Shown here: positions 10,341 through 20,626 of the stretch, in pieces | Numbering within the stretch: position 1 is the stretch's first letter | How the letters are laid out: the number at the start of each line of letters is the position of its first letter | DNA from: Phycisphaeraceae bacterium | GTDB taxonomy: Bacteria; Planctomycetota; Phycisphaerae; Phycisphaerales; Phycisphaeraceae | NCBI GenBank assembly: GCA_963674705.1 | Contig: OY771506.1 | Location: 5,216,001 to 5,280,000, forward strand | DNA: 64,000 bases | Direction: 5' to 3' | Notes under the pieces: generated by a model | Told to the model about the DNA's origin: nothing | The model's database searches: none | Seen by the model: the letters and a program-made list of their open reading frames with translations, nothing else | Program-made: the position numbers and the translations under genes

Positions 10341-11516
10341 TCACCGCAATCCCAAAAACACGCGTCGCGTGATCTTGTGGCGTTCGAGGATAAGGTGGCC
10401 GAGGATGGGTAGTGCGAGGCCGAGTGTCAGGCAGATGATAAACAAGGCTTCGGTGTTGGTGATGCCGAGGATGTTTTTGCTGAGGATGCGTGCGCCGGTG
10501 ACGCCGAAGGCGTGCAGGAGGTAGATGGTGAAGGCGTAGCCACCGAGCCAGGCGATGGGTTTGAAAGTAAAGCGAAGTCGGACGAGCAGGAAGGTCGCGC
10601 CAAGGCCGCAGCCGAGGACGATCCAGGGCAGTGCGCTGCCGGGGTCGAGTTTGTCGAAGAGATAGAGTTGATGCAACGTCGCGGCTATTGCGAGCAAGGC
10701 CGCCGCCGCGATGAACGGGCCGCGCCCTTTGGATAGGACGTCGAAGCGGTACAGGCCTAACCCGAGGATGAAGAAGACGAGCAGCTTGCACCAGCCGTCG
10801 ATCGAGAAGAAGGCCGTTTCGGTTGGGCCGAAGAGGAAGATCAGCGAGCCGATCGCCATGCACGTCACCCAGCCCCGGCGTTTTTCGAGCATGCCGAGGA
10901 TCTCCATCGCGTAGACGGTGACGAAGACCAGCGCGATCGACTGGAGGAACCAGAACTGATCGAAGGGGAAAAGGTAGATGCGCCAGATGCCGGTGATGGG
11001 CTGGGGATTGGTGACGCCGGGGGATAAAGCGGTGAACAGGTACTGTATGGTCGCGACGCTCGCCATCGGCAGCAGCAATCGGCGGGCCTTACCGGTCAGG
11101 AATATCTTTGAGGATTCCCACTGCACGGGACGCATCGCGTAGACGTAGCCGGAGATCACCGTGAACAACGGCATCCGCATCGGACTGAACGTGAGATAGA
11201 AGTAGCGCCACCACGAATCATCCGAGACCTGAAGCCCCCCGTCCGGCCGGGCACTGATAACGTGGCCCATGACCATCAGGATGATGGCGATGCCGCGCAG
11301 CGTCTCGATGGACAAATCCTTGGCGCGCTTGGTCTGCGGCGGAAGCGTATCGGGTAGTTCGGTCTTTCCGAGTCTGCGCGGTGGATCGACAAGGTCCGGC
11401 GCGGGTTTGCGATACTCAGGCGGCAGCGTGCGTCGATCGGGCTTGATGCCGGTCGAGTCGCGCCAAGAGATCGGCAAGCCAGAATGGGAGGGACCGTGGG
11501 TACTCATGCTAGACAA
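10341..11516 (-). CDS. Acyltransferase-3 family membrane O-acyltransferase
   Basis: IETLRGIAIILMVMGH, RMPLFTVISGY, QFWFL, FTIYLLH motifs; many TM segments. Confidence 0.85.
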   Translation of the reverse strand: MSSMSTHGPSHSGLPISWRDSTGIKPDRRTLPPEYRKPAPDLVDPPRRLGKTELPDTLPPQTKRAKDLSIETLRGIAIILMVMGHVISARPDGGLQVSDDSWWRYFYLTFSPMRMPLFTVISGYVYAMRPVQWESSKIFLTGKARRLLLPMASVATIQYLFTALSPGVTNPQPITGIWRIYLFPFDQFWFLQSIALVFVTVYAMEILGMLEKRRGWVTCMAIGSLIFLFGPTETAFFSIDGWCKLLVFFILGLGLYRFDVLSKGRGPFIAAAALLAIAATLHQLYLFDKLDPGSALPWIVLGCGLGATFLLVRLRFTFKPIAWLGGYAFTIYLLHAFGVTGARILSKNILGITNTEALFIICLTLGLALPILGHLILERHKITRRVFLGLR

Positions 11517-11743
11517 GGCCCCTATCGGTTAATCATAAGGCAAGCGGACAGATATCCGTCCGAAGTTATGCAAAATCACACAGTTAGCGATTAACCAAGT
11601 GGATTATCGAACCCTGCGATTTGGCTGACATGGTGTCGTTGATTACCGCTGGTTCGTGCTTGTGATTACCTGTTTACTAAAAGACACCAATTAAAAGTAC
11701 AGGGCAGTATTTTAATTGTAAGGGGCAGGATTTGCACGTCTAT

Positions 11744-11974
11744 CTACTCAGTATTTTCGCTTTCCATACTGAAAACCTCTTCCAACGGCTTGCCGAACAC
11801 CTCAGCGATCTTGAAGGCGGCCTCCAGCGTGGGTGAATACTTGCCGCCTTCGATGGCATTGATGGTCTGGCGTGTCACGCCGATACGCTGGGCAAGCTCC
11901 TGCTGGGTCATTTCATTGTGCTCGAACCGCAGAGCCCGGATGCGGTTCTGAATACGGGTCTTGTCCTTACTCAC
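11744..11974 (-). CDS. XRE-family helix-turn-helix transcriptional regulator
   Basis: NRIRALR..MTQQELAQRIGVTRQTINAIEGGKYSPTLEAAFKIAEVF. Confidence 0.92.
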   Translation of the reverse strand: MSKDKTRIQNRIRALRFEHNEMTQQELAQRIGVTRQTINAIEGGKYSPTLEAAFKIAEVFGKPLEEVFSMESENTE

Positions 11975-11975
11975 T

Positions 11976-12395
11976 TCACACCCCCCGCCTGTAGTAGATG
12001 AGCTGCATGGTGAGTTTGAGCAGGGCCGAGAGCAGCAGGGACAGCAGGAGCCCGTGGGCGATCCAGATGCTGCCGACCTCGTAGATAAGCCCGCCGATCG
12101 CGGCCATCGCCCCGGCCCCGAGGACCCACGAGGCGTTGCTCTCCGCCCGCCAGACGATGAGCTTATCCCGCTCGTCTTTTTCCCCCGCCCCGCCGAAGAA
12201 TGTCGCCACGATGTGCCCGATCACCATCAGGATGATCAGCAGCACGACCGCCCCGGCAAAGAGCGGCAGGTACGACATCAGCGTCGCCTCCTCCCGCCCG
12301 GCAATCCCCCAAGCCCCAATCACATACCCGCCCATGATCAAAAGCAGCGTCACAAGCTGCACCCAGGCACTACGTTCTTCAAATGATGCGTTCAT
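11976..12395 (-). CDS. Small 4-TM membrane protein co-transcribed with the XRE regulator
   Basis: Four hydrophobic segments with a central DERDKLI motif; stop codon 1 bp before the XRE start. Confidence 0.75.
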   Translation of the reverse strand: MNASFEERSAWVQLVTLLLIMGGYVIGAWGIAGREEATLMSYLPLFAGAVVLLIILMVIGHIVATFFGGAGEKDERDKLIVWRAESNASWVLGAGAMAAIGGLIYEVGSIWIAHGLLLSLLLSALLKLTMQLIYYRRGV

Positions 12396-12421
12396 AATCG
12401 ATACCTTTCCGCCCTTGGCAA

Positions 12422-12487
12422 TGGTTAATATACTTGACTTGGTGTAAAGTATAGTAGACATCGTCGGCGTGTCAAGTTTACTTTACA
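12422..12487. promoter_or_regulatory. Three 18-bp pseudo-palindromic operators (consensus about TGTMAAGTWTACTTKACA)
   Basis: TGGTTAATATACTTGACT (12422), TGTAAAGTATAGTAGACA (12443), TGTCAAGTTTACTTTACA (12470), directly upstream of the membrane protein-XRE operon. Confidence 0.6.
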
Positions 12488-12596
12488 TCTCAGGTGAAAT
12501 AATTTTTTCCACCCCCTGCTGCCACCCTCTTAGCAGCCACAGGCAGGATTCCGTATCATCGGTGGCTGAACGCTTACCCAGCTTCACGGAGTACCG

Positions 12597-15500
12597 ATGA
12601 ATACCGCCCCGATCGCGCCGCAAACCGAGTTGATGACCGAAGAAACCGCCCAAAACCGCATGTTTCGTGTGGAGGTCAGGCCCAAGCCGGGTGAGGCCGA
12701 CCCGCATGGGGCTGGGCTGCTCAGCCAGGCGAAACAGGCCTTGGGCGACATCCTGGCGGTCCACTCGACGCATGTGTACCTGATCGAGGCGCCGTTGAAT
12801 GATGAGCAGGCCCAGAGGATTGCCCGGGAGTTGCTGGCCGATCCGGTGAACCAGGTGAGTACGCTCGGCGCCGAGCCGGTCGCGGAAGGCCGATCGATGC
12901 TGGAGGTGCACTATCAGCCGGGCGTGATGGACCCGGTCGCCCAGTCGGCACAGTCGGCGATCCTCGAGATGTTCACGTTCTTGGCCAGCGACAGCGTCGA
13001 GGTGCGGACGGGTGTGCGTTACGACTTTGAACATGCCGGCGAGGGTGAGAAACCGAGCGATGAAGCGCTACAGCGTTTTGCCAATGGGACGGTAGCGAAC
13101 ACCGTGATCCAGGATATTCACACGCAGCCGTTCCACCCGGACGCGTTCCCGCAAGGCCACGCCTATGACCTGCACATCACACACGTGCCGATCCGTGAAC
13201 TGGATGATGAAGCACTGGTGAAACTGTCGCGCGAGGGGCATCTGTTCCTGAGCCTGGCGGAGATGCACGCGATCCGCGAACACTACCGCAAGATCGACCG
13301 CGACCCGACGGATATCGAACTGGAAACCTTCGCGCAGACGTGGAGCGAGCACTGCGTGCATAAGACGTTGAAGTCGAAGATACGGTATCGCGAAGGATCG
13401 GGCGTCGCTGCGAAGGATTCAGGGATCAACTGGGCCGGGCGCGCGGGGCACACGATCAATGAAGACGGTAGCGTCACGATTGACAACCTGCTGAAGTACA
13501 CGGTGGCGGCGGCAACGAAGCAGTTGATGCAAGAGCAACCTTGCAAAGACTGGTGCGTCAGCGTGTTTGAAGACAACTCGGGCGTTGTGAAGTTCGATGA
13601 TGTGGATGGCATCAGCATCAAGGTTGAAACGCACAACCACCCCTCCGCGATCGAACCCTACGGCGGCGCAGCAACAGGCATCGGCGGGTGCATCCGCGAC
13701 GTGATCGGGACGGGCCTCGCTGCAAAGCCGATCGCGAATACGGATACATTCTGCGTGAGTTTCCCGGATGTGGAGGATGTGCCGGAGGGCGTGATCAAAC
13801 CGAGACGGATCCTGAAGCAGGTCGTCGCGGGCGTGCGTGATTATGGCAACCGCATGGGTATCCCGACCGTGAACGGCGCGGTGTACTTCGATGAAGATTA
13901 TGTGGCGAACCCGCTGGTGTTTGCCGGGTGCATCGGGTTGATCCCGCTGGATCGCTGCTTCGGCAAGGCGATGCCGGGCGATCGGATCGTCGCGATCGGC
14001 GGCTCGACCGGTCGGGACGGCATCCACGGCGCGACGTTCAGCAGCGCCGAGCTGACGGACACCCATGCCGACGAATTCTCACACGCGGTGCAGATCGGCA
14101 ACGCGATCACGGAAAAACAGACACTTGATGTCATCCTCAAAGCGCGCGACCAGGAAGACGGGCCTTTGTATTCAGGACTCACCGATTGCGGCGCAGGGGG
14201 CTTCTCCAGCGCGATCGGCGAACTGGGCGAAAAGACCGGCGCTTGCGTGACGCTGGAAAACGCGCCGCTTAAGTACCAGGGATTGAACCACACGGAGATC
14301 TGGATCAGCGAGGCCCAGGAGCGGATGGTGCTGTCAGTTCCGCCGGACAAGCTGGAACGGCTGCGCATGATCTGTGAGGCTGAGGATGTCGATCTGTGCG
14401 ACATGGGCCACTTCGGCGAACTGTCACACATCGACAACGAGCCGCAGCTTGTGCTGACGTATCACAGCGAAGAGGTCGGCCGCTTGCCGATGCAGATGCT
14501 GCACGAAGGCATCCCGACCCCGATGCGCGAAGCCACCTGGCCGCCTGAGGCGAAGCAGGCTGGGGGTTACCGCGTTGGTGGCAACGCGGCTCGCGGGGCG
14601 GGCGCAACTCGCGGCGTGGGGAGTTTATCGTTATCTGAATCGCTGACGATACTGCTTGCGCATCCGAACATCGCCAGCAAGCACTGGATCGTTCGGCAAT
14701 ACGACCACGAGGTGCAGGCCGGGTCGGTGGTGAAGCCTTTGGTCGGGCCGGAGCAGGACGGGCCTTCGGACGCGTCGGTGCTCAGGCCGAAGCTGGACAG
14801 CTACAAGGGGATCAACCTGAGCGTCGGCGGCGCGCCGTTCTATTCGGAAAAAGCAACGCAGCGCGGTTACGCCAGCGATGGCGACTCGTACTGGGCGACG
14901 CTCGCGGCGATCGATGAAGCGGTGCGCAACGCGGTGTGCGTCGGGGCCGATCCGGATCATATTGCGATCCTGGATAACTTCTGCTGGCCGAACTGCGATC
15001 CGCCGGAGGTACTTGGCACACTCGTGCGTGCCGCTGAAGCGTGCTACGACGGCGCGATGGCGTACCGCACGCCTTTCGTTTCAGGCAAAGATTCACTGAG
15101 CAACCAGTTCACAACACAGGATGGCAAGCTCATCACGATCCCGCAGACGTTGCTCATCACCGCAGTGGGCATGGTCGACGACGTGCGTAAGTCGCGCACG
15201 ATGGACGCGAAAGCCTCGGGCAATTTACTGTTGATGATCGGCGAGACGTCGGGCAACATGGGCGGTTCACATTACGTCCATATCGGCGGCGAAGCGATCG
15301 ATAAGCGCGTGCCGCGCACTTGTTTGAAACAGGGCCCGGCCAGTGCACGTGCGGTGGCGACGCTGATCAAGGAAGGCCTGGTCAGTTCTGCGCACGACTG
15401 CAGCGAAGGTGGGTTGCTTGTCGCCGCGGCGGAGATGGCGTTTGCTGGGCGGATCGGGTTGGACCTTGATCTGGGTGCATTGCCGGGCGGACAGACGCTT

Positions 15501-15734
15501 GATACGCCTGTTGCGTGTTTCGCGGAATCACCGAGCCGGTACCTGTTGGAAGTGAAGCCGGAGAAGCTCGATGCGGTGATCAACGCGCTGCGTAAAACCA
15601 AGACACCCTTCGGCCAGATCGGCACGTTCGCGGATCACGATCGGTTAACACTGCGTACCCCCCAGGCCGGCCGCGTGCTGGATGTATCGCTGGATGAACT
15701 ACGAAGCGCATGGCTGGGGACGCTGGATTGGTGA
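12597..15734 (+). CDS. purL: Phosphoribosylformylglycinamidine synthase subunit PurL with N-terminal PurS-like region, no fused glutaminase
   Basis: QTWSEHCVHK, KVETHNHPSAIEPYGGAATGIGG, TGRDGIHGAT, DCGAGG, SEAQERM, QYDHEV, SGKDSL, HDCSEGG. Confidence 0.95.
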   Translation: MNTAPIAPQTELMTEETAQNRMFRVEVRPKPGEADPHGAGLLSQAKQALGDILAVHSTHVYLIEAPLNDEQAQRIARELLADPVNQVSTLGAEPVAEGRSMLEVHYQPGVMDPVAQSAQSAILEMFTFLASDSVEVRTGVRYDFEHAGEGEKPSDEALQRFANGTVANTVIQDIHTQPFHPDAFPQGHAYDLHITHVPIRELDDEALVKLSREGHLFLSLAEMHAIREHYRKIDRDPTDIELETFAQTWSEHCVHKTLKSKIRYREGSGVAAKDSGINWAGRAGHTINEDGSVTIDNLLKYTVAAATKQLMQEQPCKDWCVSVFEDNSGVVKFDDVDGISIKVETHNHPSAIEPYGGAATGIGGCIRDVIGTGLAAKPIANTDTFCVSFPDVEDVPEGVIKPRRILKQVVAGVRDYGNRMGIPTVNGAVYFDEDYVANPLVFAGCIGLIPLDRCFGKAMPGDRIVAIGGSTGRDGIHGATFSSAELTDTHADEFSHAVQIGNAITEKQTLDVILKARDQEDGPLYSGLTDCGAGGFSSAIGELGEKTGACVTLENAPLKYQGLNHTEIWISEAQERMVLSVPPDKLERLRMICEAEDVDLCDMGHFGELSHIDNEPQLVLTYHSEEVGRLPMQMLHEGIPTPMREATWPPEAKQAGGYRVGGNAARGAGATRGVGSLSLSESLTILLAHPNIASKHWIVRQYDHEVQAGSVVKPLVGPEQDGPSDASVLRPKLDSYKGINLSVGGAPFYSEKATQRGYASDGDSYWATLAAIDEAVRNAVCVGADPDHIAILDNFCWPNCDPPEVLGTLVRAAEACYDGAMAYRTPFVSGKDSLSNQFTTQDGKLITIPQTLLITAVGMVDDVRKSRTMDAKASGNLLLMIGETSGNMGGSHYVHIGGEAIDKRVPRTCLKQGPASARAVATLIKEGLVSSAHDCSEGGLLVAAAEMAFAGRIGLDLDLGALPGGQTLDTPVACFAESPSRYLLEVKPEKLDAVINALRKTKTPFGQIGTFADHDRLTLRTPQAGRVLDVSLDELRSAWLGTLDW

Positions 15735-15751
15735 TTGGAAACATAGTGAGT

Positions 15752-15850
15752 TGGAACAGGGATGGACACAGATGAACACGGATAAGAGGTAAGACACAAA
15801 ATTATGTGTTTTTGTCTTATCTGTGTGTATCCGTGTTCATCCCTGTTTCA
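15752..15850. repeat. Intergenic inverted repeat with 36-bp arms built from ~9-bp units; same family as the 10068 outer repeat
   Basis: TGGAACAGGGATGGACACAGATGAACACGGATAAGA vs TCTTATCTGTGTGTATCCGTGTTCATCCCTGTTTCA. Confidence 0.7.
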
Positions 15851-15919
15851 TAAATTGCCTTTCCCTGTGTCTCTGTGCCTCTGTAGTTCAACCCCTTCGT
15901 TTCACACTATAATCCACGC

Positions 15920-18796
15920 ATGTCTAAACCTGATCCCGGCAAGATGTTGTATTTGATCGACGGCCACGCGCAGATGTTTCGTGCGTTTTATGCGATCCGT
16001 GGCGGGATGACGAGTCCGGTGACGGGGGAGCCGACCAACGCGCTGTTTGCGTTTACGGGGCTCTTGATCAAGTTGTTCAAGGAATGTCGGCCGGCGTATG
16101 CGGCGATGGTCGTGGACCCGAAGGGTAAGACGTTCCGTGATGCGTTTTACCCGGAGTACAAAGCCAATCGTGACGAGGCGCCGGAAGAATTCGTTGCGCA
16201 GATCCCGCGGATGTTTGAGTTGGCGAAGCTGTTTGGTCTGCCGATCCTTGAAGTGCCGGAGTTCGAGGCGGACGATGTGATGGCAACGCTGGCGGACCGC
16301 GTTTCAGCCGGTGCATTTGATAATGATGAACCGGGGCTGCACCTTCGACTGGTCGCGAAAGATAAAGATCTGGAGCAGGTGCTCGGCGAGCGCGTCACGA
16401 TGTATGACGTGCAGACCGATCAGGAACTCGATGCGGATGGCTTGATTGAAAAACGTGGGATAACGGCTGCACAGGTGATCGACTACCAGACACTTATCGG
16501 CGACAGCACGGACAACATTCCGGGTGTGAAAGGCATCGGCCCGAAGACCGCGCAGAAACTGCTCGAACAGTTCGGCAGCGTTGAGAGTCTGCTAGCGAAT
16601 CTCGATCAACTCAAGGGCAAGCAGAAGGAAAATCTGGAGCAGGCGCGTGATAATGGGATCATCGAATTAACACGTAAACTCGTGACGCTAAGGCGCGACA
16701 CGCCGATCGACTTTGCGCTTGGCGATACCGAAACAAAGGGGCTGGCAAAGATCGACGGCGCCGCCCTGCTTTCGCTTTTCCGTGAGCTAGGTTTTAATCG
16801 CCATGTCACCGATCTGCAGAAACTGTTGGACATTGATACCTCGGCTGCCGCACCAAATAAGAAGCCAGCGAAAAAGAAAGGCGGTGCGCCCGCGATGGGC
16901 GGACTCTTCGGCTCGATCGAATCGAGTGACGATGAAACGGAAGAGGACGACGACCGCCCCACCATCTCGGCGACGGATGGCGAATACACCGCGATCACGA
17001 CAAAAGAAGAGCTGGCCGACCTCGTTAAAACGCTGAAGAAGCAGAAACTGATCGCAGTCGATACGGAGACGGTCGGGCTGGGGCATTACGCGGACCTTTG
17101 CGGGGTATGTCTTGCGTGGCAGGCGGGTGAAGGTGTGTATGTGCCGGTGCGTTCGCCGAAGCCGGAGGAACACCTCGATGAAGCGACGGTGCTCGAAGCG
17201 CTCAAGCCTGTTTTAGAAGATGCGAAGATCGGCAAGACCGGACACAATCTGAAGTATGACTATCTGGTGCTCAAGCATTCGGGTGTTGAAATGCGCAGTA
17301 TTGTGTTCGACACGATGGTCGCTGGGCATCTGCTTGGTTTACCGGGCATCGGGATGGACGACATGGCGTTGTCGCTGTTGAATTACCACACGATCCCGAT
17401 CAGCGAGTTGATCGGCGAACGCGGGCGCGGCAAGACGCAGAAGACGATGGATCAGGTGCCGCTTGATCAGGCGACGCCCTACTCGGCGGAGGATGCGGAC
17501 ATCAGCTTGCGTTTGTATGAAAAGCTCAGACCCGAGATTGATGACGCCGAGATGGCGAAGCTGATGAACGAGGTGGAGACGCCGCTGATCGAAGTGCTGG
17601 CTGTGATGGAGGATCACGGGATCAAGGTTGATCCGGATATCCTTGATGAACAGAAAGCCGTGTTGAATCAGCGCATCGATGAACTGCGCGACCAGATTCA
17701 TGAAGCGGCAGGTGGCGCGTTTAATATCGATTCGCCGAAGCAACTGGCGGAGGTGCTATTTACGAATCTCGGTTTGCCGGTGGTTAAGCGGCGCAAGACC
17801 GGGCCCTCGACGGATGTGGAGGTATTGCAGAAGCTGGCGGAGATGGAGGATATCGATCCGCAGGTGCAGAAGGTGCCGGTGCTGATGCTGGAGTACCGCC
17901 AGCTCGCCAAACTCGTCGGGACGTATCTTGGCAACCTTAAAGACAGCATCCATCAGGACGATGGGCGTGTGCATGCACGATTCCATCAGACGGGAACCGC
18001 GACGGGTCGTTTATCGTCGAGCGATCCGAACCTGCAGAATATCCCGATCCGCACGGAGATCGGCAAGCAGATACGCAAAGCATTCGTCGCTGAGCCGGGG
18101 CATGTATTGATCAGCGCGGACTATTCGCAGATCGAATTACGTATGCTCGCGCATCTGAGCGAAGACCCGAGGCTGACCGAAGCGTTCAAGAACGATCAGG
18201 ACATTCACGCGGCGGTAGCGGCGCAGGTTTTCAACGTCCCGCTTGATGAGGTGAGTTCCGACCAGCGCGCGCATGCGAAGGTGATCAACTTCGGGATCGT
18301 CTACGGCATCACGGCGTTCGGTCTGGCAAGACGCGTCGAAGGGCTCGACAACGAATCGGCACGCGAGTTGATCAACGGCTATCGTAAACGCTTTGCGGGG
18401 ATCGATACGTTCCTTGCCGATTGCGTGTTGCAGGCACAAAACAACGGCTACGTTACGACGATCCTCGGCAGACGCCGCAACATCGAGCAGATCCATTCAT
18501 CGAACGGCCAGACGCGGCAACTCGGTGAACGGCTAGCCATCAACAGCGTCGTGCAAGGTTCCGCTGCCGACCTGATCAAGCTGGCGATGGTCAATCTGCA
18601 TCGGAAGATTCTGGATGAAAAGCTGCCGATGAAGATGCTGCTTCAGATCCATGACGAACTGGTGTTCGAGACGCCCGAAGATAACGCGGACGCGGCGACG
18701 GAAGTGATCCGCCAGCAGATGGAGCACGCGATGGAATTGAGCGTACCGCTGAAGGTGGATGTAGGCGCGGGGACGGATTGGTTCGCGTCGAAGTAG
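15920..18796 (+). CDS. polA: DNA polymerase I
   Basis: 5'-3' exo (LIDG, YKANR, EADD, GDSTDNIPGV), 3'-5' exo (AVDTET), polymerase motifs TGRLSSSDPNLQNIP, ADYSQIELR, KVINFGIVYG, QIHDEL. Confidence 0.98.
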   Translation: MSKPDPGKMLYLIDGHAQMFRAFYAIRGGMTSPVTGEPTNALFAFTGLLIKLFKECRPAYAAMVVDPKGKTFRDAFYPEYKANRDEAPEEFVAQIPRMFELAKLFGLPILEVPEFEADDVMATLADRVSAGAFDNDEPGLHLRLVAKDKDLEQVLGERVTMYDVQTDQELDADGLIEKRGITAAQVIDYQTLIGDSTDNIPGVKGIGPKTAQKLLEQFGSVESLLANLDQLKGKQKENLEQARDNGIIELTRKLVTLRRDTPIDFALGDTETKGLAKIDGAALLSLFRELGFNRHVTDLQKLLDIDTSAAAPNKKPAKKKGGAPAMGGLFGSIESSDDETEEDDDRPTISATDGEYTAITTKEELADLVKTLKKQKLIAVDTETVGLGHYADLCGVCLAWQAGEGVYVPVRSPKPEEHLDEATVLEALKPVLEDAKIGKTGHNLKYDYLVLKHSGVEMRSIVFDTMVAGHLLGLPGIGMDDMALSLLNYHTIPISELIGERGRGKTQKTMDQVPLDQATPYSAEDADISLRLYEKLRPEIDDAEMAKLMNEVETPLIEVLAVMEDHGIKVDPDILDEQKAVLNQRIDELRDQIHEAAGGAFNIDSPKQLAEVLFTNLGLPVVKRRKTGPSTDVEVLQKLAEMEDIDPQVQKVPVLMLEYRQLAKLVGTYLGNLKDSIHQDDGRVHARFHQTGTATGRLSSSDPNLQNIPIRTEIGKQIRKAFVAEPGHVLISADYSQIELRMLAHLSEDPRLTEAFKNDQDIHAAVAAQVFNVPLDEVSSDQRAHAKVINFGIVYGITAFGLARRVEGLDNESARELINGYRKRFAGIDTFLADCVLQAQNNGYVTTILGRRRNIEQIHSSNGQTRQLGERLAINSVVQGSAADLIKLAMVNLHRKILDEKLPMKMLLQIHDELVFETPEDNADAATEVIRQQMEHAMELSVPLKVDVGAGTDWFASK

Positions 18797-18835
18797 ATCG
18801 AAATTCAATTTAATTTTCGTTCATGCATCTTTCAT

Positions 18836-18860
18836 AGCCGCATTGCGACGCAATGCGGGC
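18836..18860. repeat. REP-like palindrome between convergent genes
   Basis: AGCCGCATTGCG-A-CGCAATGCGG. Confidence 0.5.
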
Positions 18861-18937
18861 GGTGTAGATTTGATGCACAATGAAGCAAAGAGAATTTACC
18901 CCGGGCAAGTTCGGGGCTAAATAGCGGTCAAAACAAT

Positions 18938-20590
18938 CTACTCTTCGAGTTTAGCGAGGATGTTCTGGGTGAGGTCCCAGAAGTTGTTTTCGCGGAAGGC
19001 GGTAGCTGCGCCGGGCAGTGAGCCGAAGCGTTGGGCGTGGTGGTTCCAGTGGTCCTGGGCGGAGAAGAGTTTTTGTTTCACGACGCCGGCGAGTGCCGCG
19101 TCGCTGTTGCGTTGGAACCGTCGGTAGTTTGCCAGGCCGACAAGCAGATCGCGCAAGGCTTCGAAGAGTGATTCGCCGTAGAGCATGGTGTTGACCATGG
19201 GGGTCAGATCATGAGGCCTGCGGTCGCCAACGGCCTGGTGCAGCGCGGCGCGGTGTCGGCTGATGACTTCGGCGGCGGCTTCTTTTTCCTGAATCAGTTC
19301 ATCGAGCTGCGCATCGCTGAGCTTCTGGATGATGCGCCAGGCGGCCTGTGCATCGAGCAGATCGTCCTGGATCCAGTCTGCGTTGGGATGCCACGGACTC
19401 GGCCGCGACTTGGCGAACGGGCCGATGTAAAATGCCTGGCGGATGAATTCCGGTGAGTCTTCGAGAAGATCAACGAGAGATTGGGCGTATTTGGCGTCTG
19501 CGCCGAGGCGGTCCTGCGCCCATTGCTGTGCAAGCTTGTGCGTGTCTGCTCGTGGATCGTCTGCAAGCAAAGGCACGGCGTAGACGTTGGCGTCGATCCA
19601 CTGTTCGTTCTTTACGAACGGCCCACCCCAGCCGCCGCCACGCACCCACGCCCAGAGGCCCGCGAAGTTAACGCGATCGACCGCCTCTGCCAGGCCGTGG
19701 ACTTCACCTTCCTCATGCGCCACTTCCGGATAGCCGTTACGCCAGAGCGGGGCTTGCCAGTTGGGGATGCCGCCTTTGCCTTCGAACTCGCGCTGGCATT
19801 GCAGTTCGTAGATGATCGGGCGTTTGCCGCAGACCAGGCTGGAGGGGTTCCAGCGTTGGTAGCGCCAGAAGTCGGTCTGTGTGAATTTGAATGACAGGAC
19901 GAGTCGATCGTCTTCCGGATCACCAGGCAGTCCTGCGGCGATGCGGCCAGCGAGTTCCGGCGCGTCGTGCATGCCGTTGGGCCTGACGTTCCACGCGCGG
20001 ACGATCAGGCGTTTGTTCGCCTGCTCGACGACGACACGGTGTATCTGCTTGATGAATTCGATCGCCCGATCGGCGCGGCCGAACCGACTGCAACGCGAGC
20101 AGTGCGGCGTGTAGATATCGTTGCCAATAAGGTGTGGCAGGCGCTGTGCGTCGGTGTCGCCGAAGCGGAACACGATGCCGTCGACCTGGGGCCAACGGTT
20201 GAGCATGGTTTCGACCGCAGCGGCGGAAAGCTCCTGCGCCTGTTCGCTGGCCGGGCAAAGCGTCTGCGGTCGGCCTTTGCAGCAGAGCCCGGTGACGTTG
20301 CGTTCGACGATGTGCACCGGCAGGACCAAGGCGTCATAGAACAGGTAGACCGCCAGCCCTGCAGACTGGGCGCGGTGGATGGTTTGGGCGATGTGCTCGG
20401 AATGAGCGTTGACCCAGCGGCGCACTTCATCGGAGGAGATGAGGTCGAGGTTGCGCAGGCCGGACAGGGCCGTGCTTTCGTAGATAACCAGGCCGTTGTA
20501 CCCGAGGGCCTTCAATTCGGCCGGGTCCTGGTACCGCGTGTCGACCTCCGGCTCGCCGGGGTTCTCGATAAGTGTCGCCAGCTTCAGCAT
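18938..20590 (-). CDS. Hypothetical protein, possibly a glycoside-hydrolase-like TIM barrel
   Basis: 550-aa ORF with host-like codon use; VDGIVFRFGD, YELQCQREFEGKG, WVRGGGWGGP; function not recognised. Confidence 0.65.
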   Translation of the reverse strand: MLKLATLIENPGEPEVDTRYQDPAELKALGYNGLVIYESTALSGLRNLDLISSDEVRRWVNAHSEHIAQTIHRAQSAGLAVYLFYDALVLPVHIVERNVTGLCCKGRPQTLCPASEQAQELSAAAVETMLNRWPQVDGIVFRFGDTDAQRLPHLIGNDIYTPHCSRCSRFGRADRAIEFIKQIHRVVVEQANKRLIVRAWNVRPNGMHDAPELAGRIAAGLPGDPEDDRLVLSFKFTQTDFWRYQRWNPSSLVCGKRPIIYELQCQREFEGKGGIPNWQAPLWRNGYPEVAHEEGEVHGLAEAVDRVNFAGLWAWVRGGGWGGPFVKNEQWIDANVYAVPLLADDPRADTHKLAQQWAQDRLGADAKYAQSLVDLLEDSPEFIRQAFYIGPFAKSRPSPWHPNADWIQDDLLDAQAAWRIIQKLSDAQLDELIQEKEAAAEVISRHRAALHQAVGDRRPHDLTPMVNTMLYGESLFEALRDLLVGLANYRRFQRNSDAALAGVVKQKLFSAQDHWNHHAQRFGSLPGAATAFRENNFWDLTQNILAKLEE

Positions 20591-20626
20591 GAATAAGGAT
20601 GATAGCGGATGGCCCCCCTATCGTCA

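Noticed and set aside
15752..15890. Short periodic repeats as a CRISPR array
   Set aside because: Units are ~9 bp in inverted arms with no unique spacers, and no cas genes are present
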